DNA from: Octopus bimaculoides
Taxonomy: Eukaryota
Direction: 5' to 3'
Assembly (NCBI RefSeq): GCF_001194135.2
Contig: NC_068994.1
Location: 15,233,842-15,297,751 of the forward strand
Length of the DNA stretch: 63,910 nucleotides
In this document: in pieces, positions 28,601-42,558 of the stretch
Numbering within the stretch: position 1 is the stretch's first letter
Layout: every line of letters begins with the position of its first letter
Made by a program: the position numbers and the translations under genes
The notes under the pieces: generated by a model
The model's database searches: none
What the model saw: only the letters and a program-made list of their open reading frames with translations
What the model was told of the DNA's origin: nothing

Positions 28601-31094
28601 NNNNNNNNNNNNNNNNNNNNNNNNNNNNNNNNNNNNNNNNNNNNNNNNNNNNNNNNNNNNNNNNNNNNNNNNNNNNNNNNNNNNNNNNNNNNNNNNNNNN
28701 NNNNNNNNNNNNNNNNNNNNNNNNNNNNNNNNNNNNNNNNNNNNNNNNNNNNNNNNNNNNNNNNNNNNNNNNNNNNNNNNNNNNNNNNNNNNNNNNNNNN
28801 NNNNNNNNNNNNNNNNNTAAATATTTAGGAAAAAATATTTTATTTTATTTAAAACTGACTTATACCAGCGTTGTTGTTGTTATTATTATTATTACTATTA
28901 TTATTATCATTATTATTTACACATCTATAAAACTGGTTTTTTTTTCTATCTTATTTTCTGTTTCTTATTTTCTCTTCTTTTTAAATTCAAAGTGAAATTA
29001 TTAAAAGGCAGTTCTATTAATGACTTCCTTATCTGTTGATTGATTTCTTCTCTAAAGATATCCAAATTGAAACAAATGGAACTATGCTTTTCTTTTCAAA
29101 AGCAGTTCTTTAGTTATTTCAGTGGTGTATGCTGTACACTGAACCTCAAGGTCACCTTCTTCTCTCAGTAGGAATTCCGGATTAACTCATTTGCTACTCT
29201 TTTTGTACTTTTTTCCTTATAGTTTTAATACGAAACATTGCTATTTTGTTGTATTACTGATTAATGAGTACCTTCAATGGATTTTTCTCAAACAAATATC
29301 TGAGAATATAAAAAGTACCCCAGTTCTTTTCCTTTATAATTCTTTTATTGTATTCTACATTTCTTTTACTTCCTCTTTCTTTTACTCCTCAATTTTAAAA
29401 ATCTAATTTAAACTCTTAGTTATAGAGCTGTGTTGGGGTGTATAAGTCTGAGAATTAATTAGAAACTCTCTTGGTACTGTTACAATAGCATTGCATTGCC
29501 AGACTTGGCAGCTTCTGACAACTGTTTTTATTTGTTAACCAATCATTTGCAATCGTGATCACAGAAAAAAAAATTTCTTTTTGAATTTGTCTCTGTTTTT
29601 TTTTCCTTTTTTTTTTTTTTTTTTTTTTGAGGGTTTTTTTTTCTTCTTTGAACTATTTTGTTTCTTTTTTTTTTCCTCCCTTCAGACAATAGATTACGTG
29701 AAGACAACCAAGAGTTAGAAAAACGCATCAAAAAAGAAAAAGATTCTAAGTATCTCACTGAAGAAGAACTAGAAAGTAGACAGATGCAAAATATTGCACC
29801 TCGAGGAAAAGCAGGTAAGTTCACACACACACACACACACACACATAGGATTGTAATATCAGTTTACCCTTTATAACAATGCAAAAAGAAGAAAAACTAG
29901 GAAGAGGTGGAGGGAAAACATTAAAAAAATCTATTATTGCTATTTTCTTTTTTTTTTTCTTGTGTTTCATTTTTGAAAAAATAGCTTTATCTCTGTAAAT
30001 AGCTGTGAGTTATTATAACCTAAACTGACTCTTTCTTTGTACATCTCATTAGGACAGTATTCAATTAATCAATAATATTAATTTTATGCAAGTGTGATAA
30101 ATAAAGCCACTATTGTGACCTCTCCCTAATGAACTGCGTCCATCAATGGGCAATTAATGTTATTGATTTCAAGAGTTAATAAAAACACACACACAAACAC
30201 ACACAAAAAAAAAGAACTGTAACCCATTGTAGGATTTAAGTTTAGCACTGCTGAAAGGCAATAAAATACTTGTCAGTTATGCAGAGGCATGTTATATACC
30301 TCACTTGGTACCTATTTACAGGTAATGAAATATGCTAATGAAACTGTAATCTCATACTCTACTTGAGGTTGATATCATATTAACTCAGATAACTAAATTT
30401 TAGATAATTAGATTATTTCTTACCTGTTACTTGTTTTAGTCATTGGACTGCGGCCATGCTGGGGACACAATCTTGGAGGATTTAGTTGACCAAATTGACA
30501 CCATTACTTTTTTTTTTTTTTACTTTCTCAAATCTGGTATTTATCCAATTGGCCTCTTTTGCTGAACTGCTAAGTTGGGGGGGGGGTGTAGACAAACCAA
30601 CACCAATTATCTAATGGTGGATGTGGGGAGGAGGCAAGCACAATCACATGCACACCCACATGTACATGGTAAGCTTCCATACAGTTTTCATCTACCAAAT
30701 TCACTCACAAGGGCTATTGCAGAAGATACTTGCCCACAGTGCTGCATGGATTGGGGCTAAACCCAAAAGCACATGGTAGAAAAACAAGCTTCTTAACCAC
30801 ATGTCCATGCCTGCACCTTACTCTTTTTCTTTTTTTTTTTTATATTTAATCTTGTAGCCTAATTTCAAAGCTTCAAGTCTTTTACTAAAATGTCTTCTCA
30901 TAATTTTTTTTTAATCCTGGCATAAAAACTACTTTTGTAAGAATAATCTTAGAAAAAGAAAGCAAAAAAAATTTAGGGATTAAAAAATATTTTAGGGTAT
31001 TTGAAGTTTCATATTTTCATATTAATTTTACAAACAGGTTTTGTTCTTTAAGTCCTAAATCCTAGAACAATGAATAATTCAAATAGACAACTTA

Positions 31095-31135
<41 letters not shown>

Positions 31136-32578
31136 CATTCCATAAGCATATTGATTTGTTTCAGGTAAGTTTCAGCAAGATAAATGATTATCATTATCAT
31201 TGTGATCGTTTTTTTTTTTTCACATCCACTTTTCTATGCTTGCATGGATCAGATGGGATTTGTTGAAGCAGATTTTCTATCACAGGATGCCCTTCCTTTT
31301 GCCAACCTCCACCAATTTAAACTAAGGTAATACTTCCCCATGACCAGACCTGTTTTCGGAGAAGATTGGCAATGAGCAACACTTTCCTGCATGATTGTGA
31401 CACTCGTTTACAACTATTGTGCAAGGTCAAGACAAAGCAACGCATGCACATCCATTCACAAGGTTTTGGTTGACCTGGGCTATAGTAGAAGACAGTTGTT
31501 GGCGGTATCACCCAGTTGAACTGAACCTGAGACCATACAGTTGGGAAGCATACTTATTTCTTTACTGCCCACAAGGGGCTAAACATAGAGGGGACAAACA
31601 AGGACAGACAAACAGATTAAGTCGATTACATCGACCCCAGTGCGTAACTGGTACTTAATTTATCGACCCTGAAAGGGATGAAAGGCAAAGTCGAGCTCAG
31701 CGTAATTTGAACTCAGAACGTAACGGCAGACGAAATACCGCTAAGCATTTCGCCCGGCATGCTAATGTTTCTGCCAGCTCACCGCCTTGGGAAGCATACT
31801 TGTTTAGCACACAGCTATGCCTGCACTTAATATTTGGAACTATATTTTAAAAGTTCAATTATAGACCGATTCTGTATTTGCAATCTTGTGTAAGTTGTTT
31901 AAAAAGCATGTAGTTCTTGTAATACATGATTATATATAGCACTTCTATAAAAAGGAAGCTTCTCTAGTTTCTGTTTCATTTAATGTCAGAAACTAAGTTA
32001 AATAAATCTTCATATACACTTTCTTTTTTTTAAATAAAAGGAACTGATTTAGCTGTAGTTTCATTTGTCNNNNNNNNNNTGGGAAATTTTAATAAATGTC
32101 ATTAAGAATGTAACATTCTGGTAATTGGTTAGCTTCATTTAATTTGGAAAATATATCTACATGACAGTCACACCTGTTATGTGTTAATTTATAAATATTT
32201 TCATGTAAAATGTTATGCTGATCACAAAAAGAAATGGTTGCCTACATAAGGATAAAAAATGTAATTCACATGGAAAAATTGATCATTTAGTGAATGTGCA
32301 CAGGGCATAAAATCTAAATAATAATTGTTTCTCTCATAGACACATGTAATAATAATTTCAAATTTAAAAAAGAAATTATCAAACAAATTTTTAAAAAATT
32401 ATCATGATCATAGGTGCAGAGTGGCTGTGTGGTAAGTAGCTTGCTTACCAACCACATAGTTCCGGGTTCAGTCCCACTGCGTGGCACCTTGGGCAAGTGT
32501 CTTCTACTATAGCCTCGGGCCGACCAAAGCCTTGTGAGTGGATTTGGTAGACTGAAACTGAAAGAAGCCCGTCGTATA

Positions 32579-32613
<35 letters not shown>

Positions 32614-34844
32614 GTATTTGTGTGTCTGTGTTTGTCCCCCCAACTTCACTTGACAACCAATGCAGGTGTGTTTACGTCCCCGTAACTTAGTGGTTCGGCA
32701 AAAAGAGACTGATATAATAAGTACTAGGCTTACAAAGAATAAGTCCTGGGGTCGATTTGCTCAACTAAAGGCGGTGCCCCAGCATGGCCACAGTCAACTG
32801 ACTGAAACAAGTAAAAGAGTAAAGAGAGTATGAAAAGAATTATGTCATTAGTATATACAAGTCAAATGAATTAAATATTGATATTAATTTGAAATAAATG
32901 AAAACGGGAATAAAATGTTGTATTTCAGTACAAATCAATAAGTTGATTAAATACAAATTAAATACCAGCACCACTAAAACTTTAAATGATTTAAATGCAT
33001 ATAAAATTCTTATATCCCTACTGTTAGAATCTATATCAGTAAAATTTATAATTAATATCAAAATTGGAAATAAATGATATAATTTTGAAACTATTGTTAT
33101 TTATTCTGAAATGGTTTCAAACCTATTTGGAATGAATTCGGCACCTGTGCTCAGTAGTTTTACTGATATTGTAAATAATGTTGATAATTCAACTGATTTT
33201 AATATTAAAAATAAAATTCACAATGTACTAAACATTTGAAGTTAATTTTCTTTACCTGAAGCATGAAAATGCATGCTAATTCAACTTCATCTAGGCATGA
33301 AACTGATAAATTTACAGGCCAGACTATTACCATTTTCAAAAGCAAAGTTAGTAAAAATTATAATGTGAAGTATTGAACAGTTCATTGGAACCATCTGACT
33401 ACAGCAATTGGGCTGTGTCTCTTTTATCTATTTGGAAGCTAGATGACAAAATTTGCATCTGAACAATTTTAAATCGTCAAGAAACTGACTAAAGAATGCC
33501 ACATAATGCTCAAGTATGGTGGAGTATTCTGTAAGTTGGAGAATGGAAAAATATCTGTATACAGGAATTTTAAAGATACTTATTTACTAAGCAAGTTAAC
33601 AGAAGAATCACAAAAAATATTTGTTAGAAATACACCTTTCTGTCTTCACAGGTACAATTAACTAAAAAAAGAAAAATGCAAAAGAAGTATTAGAATTTGT
33701 TTCAAAAGTTGGATATTATCCTACGTTCATTGAGACCATGGCAATCCTTACTGTACTGTTACATAATTTAATGAAAAACAAGATATCATTGAAATGGTCA
33801 GATGATTGAACAACAAGTGATTGAGGCCATAGAGCTTTTCAAACATTACAATGAAAATTTGTTACTAATTTTAGATGTAGATGTATTGCTCAGTCATCAT
33901 TGAAGTGGTCTGTTACAGCATGAAAATGGAGTTGAATATTTATTGGCTCACTGGATATTTATGAATAGGTAACTAGGGATTCTCTATTATGTTGGGTTTT
34001 CATGCTGAATTAATCACTGATCACAAGCTACTAATACACGTACACTCACCAGATAATAATATGCTGGTGTTTAGTCTTAAAGACTACAACATTGAGGATG
34101 TTCTGCAGTATATTATAAAGCTTTGAAGCAGCACGGAAATGCTGATGCATTATCTAGACTGTTGATCGAACTTAATTATGATTTTCATGCAAGTCAAAGA
34201 CATCATATTTTATCTGGATTTAAAATACATCAAATTATTGATGAAAGTCTCTATGGAACGTCAGTTACTACTAAAGAAGTTGAATCAGCCATAAAGTCTG
34301 ATATTGATATTATTTGAATTAAACAATTCATCAATAATGATTGGCTTGAAAAACTAAACATTAAAGAGGAATAATGGACAAAATGTGATGCAATTAATTA
34401 TCATGGGAATATATTAAATTTTGTGGTCCAATTTCCCTTGGATAGTTATTTCAAAAATATATCAAAGTAAAATTTTCACTCAATTGCTTGATGATCATTA
34501 GTGCATGGTCCAAATTAAACATAAGTTGTAGATACTGCTGTTGGTTGAAACTGCAATCCAGTAGATATACTTGTCAAATCATGCCTAATATATCAATCAT
34601 TTGCTAATGCTCTAGATAAAAAAACCTAATGAAAGAACAAAAATATTTGGGCCATGGCAGTGAATACATATCAATTATGCTGGGCTGTTTTACAATAAAA
34701 AAAATAGGTCTATTGCCATTGATTCTCTTTTGAAATGTTCTTATGTTGCAATGACTACTAATGAAACATTAGCAAAGGTAATACCCCAACATGATTGCAG
34801 CCTTTAGCTGAAATGAGTAAAAATAATCTCTCTATATATAAAAT

Positions 34845-34885
<41 letters not shown>

Positions 34886-37800
34886 GCCTGTCTGTTCCCT
34901 ATGCATTCTCGGACGGCTCAACCTAATCAAATCAAATTTTACAAGGTAATAGTATTAGACCCCACAAGTGTCAACATGTAATTTTTATTTTCATTTGGAT
35001 TAAAGCAATATATTTTATCTAAAATAATCTTTCTATAGTCAACTGTAGTAAAGGACATTTTATACCATGACAACGATGACGTCACATTTTTTATATGAGT
35101 GTGGATGTGTCTGTGAGTGTGTGTGTGTGTGTATTTACACGTTTGTTACATATGACATAGTAAAGGACATTTTATACCATGACGACGACAACATTTTGTA
35201 TGTAAGTGTGTGTTTGTGCATTCGATACATATGAGATAGTGAAGGACATTTTATACCATAACAACAACATATTTTGTATATGAATATGTATGTTTCTGTG
35301 AGAATGTGTGTGTTTGTACCTTCCTTAGGTATGAGATAGTAAAGGACATTTTATACTACCGCCACCACCACGACACATTTTGTATATGAGTGTGTATGTG
35401 TTTGCATCTTCCTGTACAAGATAGTAAAGGACATTTTATACCACGACATCAACACATTTTGTATATGAGTGTGTGTGTGTTTGCGCGTTCGTTACATTAA
35501 TGTGTGTTGACAGTCAATCGAGATCAGGCTGTTCAATACCCTGTTGAATTTCTGAGCACACTTAAACCCACTGGGATGCCACCGCATAACTTGACACTAA
35601 AGTTGGATGCTCCCATTATGTTGCTTAGGAATCTTGACCCACCTCGCCTGTGTAATGGAACTTGCTTAATTGTTACTTCCATGAAGCCCCATTTCTTCAG
35701 GCAACAATCATAACAGGTAGTTACAAAGAAGAAAATGTCTTTATTCCAAAATTTCCTCTCATACCTACAGATGTTCCAATTGAATTTAAGAGGCTTCAGT
35801 TTCCAGTCAAACTAAGTTTAGGTATTTCAATTAACAAATCTCAGGGTCAATCCTTCAACATAGTTGGACTTCATCTCTCTACTACATGCTTCTCTTGCAG
35901 CCAACTCTATGTTGGTTGCTCACGAGTTGGAAACAGCAACAATTTATTCATTTGGACACCAACAAAAGATTACACAATGAATATTGTTTACCCTGAGGTG
36001 CTTCAAGATTGACAGATTTTCAGTTCAAAATTTTATTATCATTACAATTTGGATATTTTGAAATAATTATGAGAAAAAAAAATATATCCTCAAATTTATT
36101 ACTTCCTGAATAAGAACAGCAGTAACCTGAGCAATGCAGAGTAATTCAGCTAGTATTCTATAAAATCTACATCATTGAAAGATAGCCTGAAACAGTTGTA
36201 TCCTACAATAGAACTCTGTTGTATCATCCAAAATTAAACAATTGTGCAATAAAATGGCATTCAACATATGGCGTCTGCTGTTTTCTATCTGGTTTGTTCA
36301 AACATTCAGACAAGGAATTCAATAAGCATTTCGTAAAAATTATTTATGTGCAGAACAACAACCAAATTTTGTATTCCCATATCATTCTGCACTATTTCCG
36401 GCAGAAATGCTGCATGCCTAACAACTAGAAAAACTTATGTCATTATTACTGCTAAACCTTGATATGGCAGGCAAACACTTTTAAATATTTATACATTGAA
36501 TGATCAGTATTACTTAATATTGAAATAACAGTAAATGAATTTGTAGAGCAATTACAAAGAAACTTAGTTCAACGGCTTGGTTCAAACAAACCAGAGTAAA
36601 CGGAAACCATGCCAGAATCACATTTGGCTATGGGTCTGTCCATGAAATCGATCTGCAACCATCATCATTGTCACTACCAATGTTCATTCAGTGTCATTGC
36701 TACAACTGCCAAGATCCACCAAGGCAGTGATGAGCTCCAATGCAATACTTGTCATTATCTATTTGATAACAAAGATAAACAATTATTTTAAATTAAGTAT
36801 TACCATTTTGTACAATTTACATATCTTACTGTTGTACAAAATGCATCATATCTCTTCATTGGATGTCAATTATAATTGTTAAATTGAAATTGAAAGTAAC
36901 TAATAACATATTTAATTATTGCTATGTCTTATTTTAGTAATTATTCACGCAATATTCTAGCACAAGTTGTTGAAAGGAAGACTACAATATTTCATATAGC
37001 GCATTTTTGCTAAACACAGGCAAAAAAATATACATATATATATATATATTTAATATGCAGTATCAATTAACTGGAAAACTGATATATGAAAACTCACTTA
37101 CACACACTTACACACATGGTGATAAACAGTCGTTCTTATCTCCTTAAATCTTGTTTTAACAAGTTGATAAACTCAGCACATGTCAAGAGGGGTTGTTTGC
37201 TTGTGAAACACTTACTGATGTGATGAAGTAGCTCTGATAAAATATGTAATCTGTGAAGTATATTAGATATGTACACCATACAATGAATTTCTATTGAGCT
37301 GTACATTTATAACTCAACCCCGCCTGCCTTTCTCTCTCACATTAATATTTTTTTTCTAAACAAAAGTTATTAATGGAAAAATATACAGGAGTGAAGGTGT
37401 ATAGTTACTTGTATATTTAGAAATTTTATTCCTGTATCTTTTTCCCTATCTCTCAGTTTTCTTCCTTTTCTTATTCTCTTTGCTTCTTCTTAGCTTCTCT
37501 CTTGTCAGAATTAAGTATTGTTTACTTAACCTTGTTCTATGTAGATTTCTTCATAAAAATCTACATGTTGTCCCAATATTGTAAAGAGGTCAACGTCCAA
37601 AAGGTTCATTTATAAAATATTTTTCATTAAAAAAAGAAAATACATCTTAAATTAGAGTAGTTTGAATGAAACATGATATTAAATTAGATAAAAACTTGTT
37701 AAGGCCAAAACAATGCAAGGAATTACAGAAGCAAAAACAGAACAACAGTTAAAATGTCTTGATGAAGGGGTCCTTACACCGAAATACTGAAAAAAAAAAA

Positions 37801-40800
37801 AATACAAGGTGGACTTCAACTGTTCTGATTACATTTTTGTATTTCATTTTGCATTGTATCAGTCTCAAGTTTTGAGGCTAATAGTTTAAATAGCTAGTTT
37901 TTTCTAAATGTTCATAAAAATGTCAAAATTGTAGAATCATTTAAGATTTGTATGCAAATAGATTTTATATTTATAAATCTATATTGCAAAATTGCCCTTT
38001 GAGTTCAAATCTAGATGAAGAACATTGTTTCAGACATATTCCTGTCTTTTTCGATTGAGTTTCAGACTACATAATGACTTGATTATACCTTTTGAATTGC
38101 AGATGCTATGAATTATTGCCCACATATTTGAAATTTAATCAACTTCACTGGTGTTTTGAGACTGAGATAATTATGGTACTCATTAAAGTAATTGAAAACA
38201 ACAGGAAATTAAATATAAAAAGCAAAAAAAAAAAATTATGTAGAGTAAGCTTCTTTTCTAGTTGCCACCTATAAAACTCACATTTTTAAAAATAAAGTTC
38301 CTAATCTAAAACTGTCTTTACTTTCTTTTTCTTTCTTCTAAACAGCTGAAACTAAACTTTTACTGAAATGTTCATCAAACTAACTGATGTTCAATATTTT
38401 GAGTCACTTATGATTGTCTCTCACTTCTGTTAAATTATATTCACTAAGAGAAACGAAAGGATCGTTTGAATATTATACTGTGCTTCTGAGTATTGAAGTG
38501 AGTCCTGTCAGGGTCTGTCGTATATTTCTCATTAACTAAGGGCATGTAGAGCAAGTGTCATAAATATACTGGTGGTAAAATTCATAGGTATTTAACAAGT
38601 AGACAGAAGTTACTGAGCAAAACATAGATACAAGTTAATATTTCTCTCATATTACTCTCATATATGTAATCTAATGAGCTGGAAAACATTGATCTTTCGA
38701 GAGCATCCAAGCAATTTGTGAATCAAAACTCTCTCTAGGTGTGTTTAAAAGTGAGTTAACACTAACAAGATCAGGTGGTTAAAATTTTTGGACAATATAG
38801 ACAAATATAGGCTGGAGTGGATCTGGCTTTTAAGGCTTCTGATGAAAGTAGTGGGCATGTTTCAGTCTTATTGGACCTCCTTGGCCAAGCATATTCTACT
38901 CAGATGACAAGACTGTGAGTTATATATTATAGTTTGGAATGTAGTAAGTCCTGAATTTTATCAGTTAATTTTATTGCGGTTACCACTTTTGCTTGTTTAT
39001 CTTTCCTCGGAGTTTTACTCACCAATTGCTTGGATAATTTCCGTTCATCAGTTTTTCACTTCACTATAGTACTATAATTGTATTTAGCAAGCAGAACACT
39101 CCCTGAAGTATTTTCCATCAACAATTAGTTTCACTACTCTCTCCCTCCCCTCCCTATATATATATGAGAGAGAGAGAAAGAGATCACTTTTAATCATGCA
39201 GTGTAGAATATGCCAAGGAGGTTTAATAAGACTGAAACACATCTGTTGTTTTCACCATTTGGCTTTAATGATCTGTTACACTCCAATTTGCATTGTCTAT
39301 GTTCAAAAATTTCAATCAACTGATCATATTGGTGTTATTTTTCCCAGAGGAAGTTTTTGTTCACCAATTATTTTGATAATGTCGGTATTTGTATTTAGAG
39401 TACAAAATGATCCACTGAGGAATTTCCAAGTGGTCGTATTGTTTTTGTTCTCCACTCCACCTTTTTTTGTTGTTGTTGTTTGTTTTTTTTTTGTTTTTTT
39501 TTTAAAGAAATCGTTGCTGAAGAGAATAAATGTTAATAAAACCCAATGCAGCCCAGAGCCTAATTTAATTGTTGTTTCCAGTTAATTTATAACAACACCT
39601 TCTCTATTATTTTAGATTTATACAGTGTCCCTGAAGAGAGTAATCCATCACCGCTGTCTTCCATGACAAAACCCTACAGCTCGTACAGCAGCCGCTATAG
39701 TAGTGGGAGCAGCATTGGTTATGATTTAAGATCTTTGTCAAAGAAGGAGGTAAGAGATCTGTGTTTCTTGTGATGTGTCTCTCATGCTTTTCTTTCACTA
39801 CTGATCTCCTCAAGATAAGTATTAGTGCAATTTGCTATACATTTAGAAAACACTGATTTGAATGCTGTACCTAATTTATATATATTAAAAAAAAAAAAAG
39901 AAAAGGCTTTCTCTCAAAAGAAAAGAGTTACTGCTATGTTATCTTTTTTTCTTCCTCACTTTAATGTTTGATCTGCTAATTATGTTTTCAATATCGTCAA
40001 CACAGCCAATCATTTGTATGTACCCTAGAATTTGGTTTAGGTTAAATAGAAATTAGGATCGATATTATAGGCTAGCAAGGTCTACTTCGCTGTAACTTTC
40101 CTTGCAGCAATTTGTTTACAACATCTTTATCACAAGCAAGCGTCTGTTTTTACTGTTGTTTAGATTTTCTAGATTATATGTAAAAATTTCTCATCAAAAA
40201 ATGTTCAGAGTTAACCCTTTTGTTATACATCTGTTTGACATACATTGCCTTTCTTTCAATTAATTTTGAAAACAATGAAAGATTCAATAAAATAACATTG
40301 TCATTATTAAGGTCAACTTTGCTTTCATCATTTTGGGGGTCAATAAAATAGGTACCAGTTGAGTACTGAGGTCAATGTAATCGAGTATACCCCTCCCCCA
40401 AATTTCAGGTCATGTGCCTATAGTAGAAAGGATTATTAAGCTAGTGAAAATGAAATTGTGATGGCACCTGTGCCCAGCGTCGCCTTTCTGGCACTTGTGC
40501 CTGTGGCACGTGTAAAGACTTTCGAGTGCGAACGTTGCTAGTGCCGCTGGACTGGCTCTTGTGCAGGTGGCACGTAAAATACACCATTTTGAGTGTGGCT
40601 GTTGCCAGTACCACCTGACTGGCCTTCATGCCGGTGGCACCTAAATGCACCCACTACACTCTTGGAGTGGTTGGCGTTAGGAAGGGCATCCAGCTGTAGA
40701 AACTCTGCCAAATCAGATTGGAGCCTGGTGTAGCCATCTGGTTCACCAGTCCTCAGTCAGATCGTCCAACCCATGCTAGCATGGAAGGCGGACATTAAAC

Positions 40801-42509
40801 GATGATGATGATGATGATGATGATGTAAGGTGGCGAGCTGACAGAATCATTAGCATGCAGGGCTAAATGCTTAGTGGCATTTCATCTGCTTTTACATTCT
40901 GAGTTCAAATGCTGCCAGGGTTGACTTTGCCTTTCGTCCTTTTTTGGCTTGATAAAATATATACTAATTCCACATTCAGGTCAATGTGATCGACTTATTC
41001 TCTTCTCTGGACTTGCTGACCTTGTGCCAAAATTTGAAATCATTGTTAAGCTAGTGTTTGGAACAGACATTAGCATGAAGTTAGGCTATTTTAATTTAGA
41101 ACCCTTTAAAACAGAAAGTTAATATCATAGAACTAAGGGCAATCTCAGACAGGTGATGCCAAAAGGGTTAAGTCATCTGAGCAAGCTTAGAATTCAATTC
41201 AATTATAAACACTGATTTTCACGATCTTAAAAACTTGCTATCTGTCAATTAAATTTTCATGAATTTTTTTACTTAGGATTTTTATGAATTTTTTTTACTT
41301 AGGATTCTTAGACAAAACAATCCTCAATGTTTTTTTTGTTTCTTTTTTCCCGACTAGTGAACTAATTAGGAAGCACTTAGTGTCCCAGTTCCCAAAACCC
41401 AGACAAATGATGGAAGTGAAATACTAATTAATAAAAACAAACAAAAAAAAAACAATATTACCTAAAGGATAGATTTGTTTTTGATTATTGTACAGGATTT
41501 TATTTTTTCTCTGTAAGAAACTGTTACTAATTCACGTTAGTGTTTTTTCAATCCTGAACCTCAAAAGCGCTGTAAAAGTATGTGTTTGTAAGATGATGGG
41601 GTAGCAATTACATAGTCTCATATTCCTCATGCTTTATTTATGAAATTATCTTTATCCCTTTGTAGTGAATTGGTAAACATTCAAAAGGGTTTTGTTTGTG
41701 TGTGTGTATGTGTATTGTTGACATCATAAGAATTTAGATTCTTTGAGAGAACATGAAATAATTCTTCTATTGAATGATTAAACTCAAAGCAGTTAAAACT
41801 ATAAATAATAGCATGTAAATATTGGGTTAAAAAACCTTTGGCTTTTTCTAGCCAAAAGATTTAGTCAACACTTTTGAACATATATTGGCCAGCACTGATA
41901 CCCAAGTATTTTTGGTAGATCTGATGCAAAATGCATTAAGTTCAAAACTTAAAAGGTTTTGCTTCAAGGCAAACAATGTCTGACTGTTTTTACAACAAGG
42001 ATCCCATAAACATGACAGTTGTTAGTGCAAACAGGAAATGCACAAAAGACTGATCAGAAATTATAATATATTATACACCAGATGTACCTGAATGGCTATC
42101 AGCACGTACAGCCTCCAGGAGTATAATTACATTGATGATATTAGTGTCAATTTTGTCACTGCTGATTATATAATGGAGATGGGATTAAGTTATTACGACA
42201 CTGCTGTATCTTATAGCAAATATACTTTATCATTATGCCTTCTTTCTCATGCTGACATGGGTTGGACAGTTTATCATAGTCTGATTCAGCTTTTATTTGG
42301 AGTGGCTGCCTTCTGAGTCTGCTAGGTGCATTTTATCATGAAGATTGCCTTGTCCTCAGAACAACTAAAGAGTCATTTCTACTCTATGTCCTATGCTAAC
42401 TCTTTCTTGATTGAAACCTACATACATGCATACATTATTGATGCATGCATGTACGTAACTCCTACTAAATGTGTTAAGTACTCATTTCTTTCATTTGTTC
42501 ACTTGCATA

Positions 42510-42558
<49 letters not shown>

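Larger units (their letters stand above)
34827..36153 (+). mobile_element. Non-autonomous Helitron (internally deleted) carrying the 3' part of the PIF1-like helicase
   Basis: Begins A|TCTCTCTATATATAAAA, ends with a degenerate hairpin acctgagcaatgcagagt plus aattcagCTAG|T, i.e. TC...CTAG between A and T; contains a helicase remnant and a 5' minisatellite. Confidence 0.85.
33100..36480 (+). mobile_element. Heavily decayed Ty3/Gypsy-type pol (RT-RNaseH-integrase), split by the Helitron at 34826/36154
   Basis: Motif remnants in the correct order with stops and frameshifts: LFGMNSAP (~33123), [13 protein letters not shown] (~33683), TDHK (~34016), HGNADALSR (34132), VKSC (zinc-finger end, ~34575), PWQ*IHINYAG (34652), PETVVSYN (36186), NGIQH (36253). 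Outer boundaries are approximate and no LTRs were recognised. Confidence 0.75.

Noticed and set aside
35046-35500. Regularly spaced conserved ~21-bp motif resembling a CRISPR array
   Set aside because: The spacers are similar to each other, the context is a eukaryotic Helitron and there are no cas genes; it is a minisatellite.
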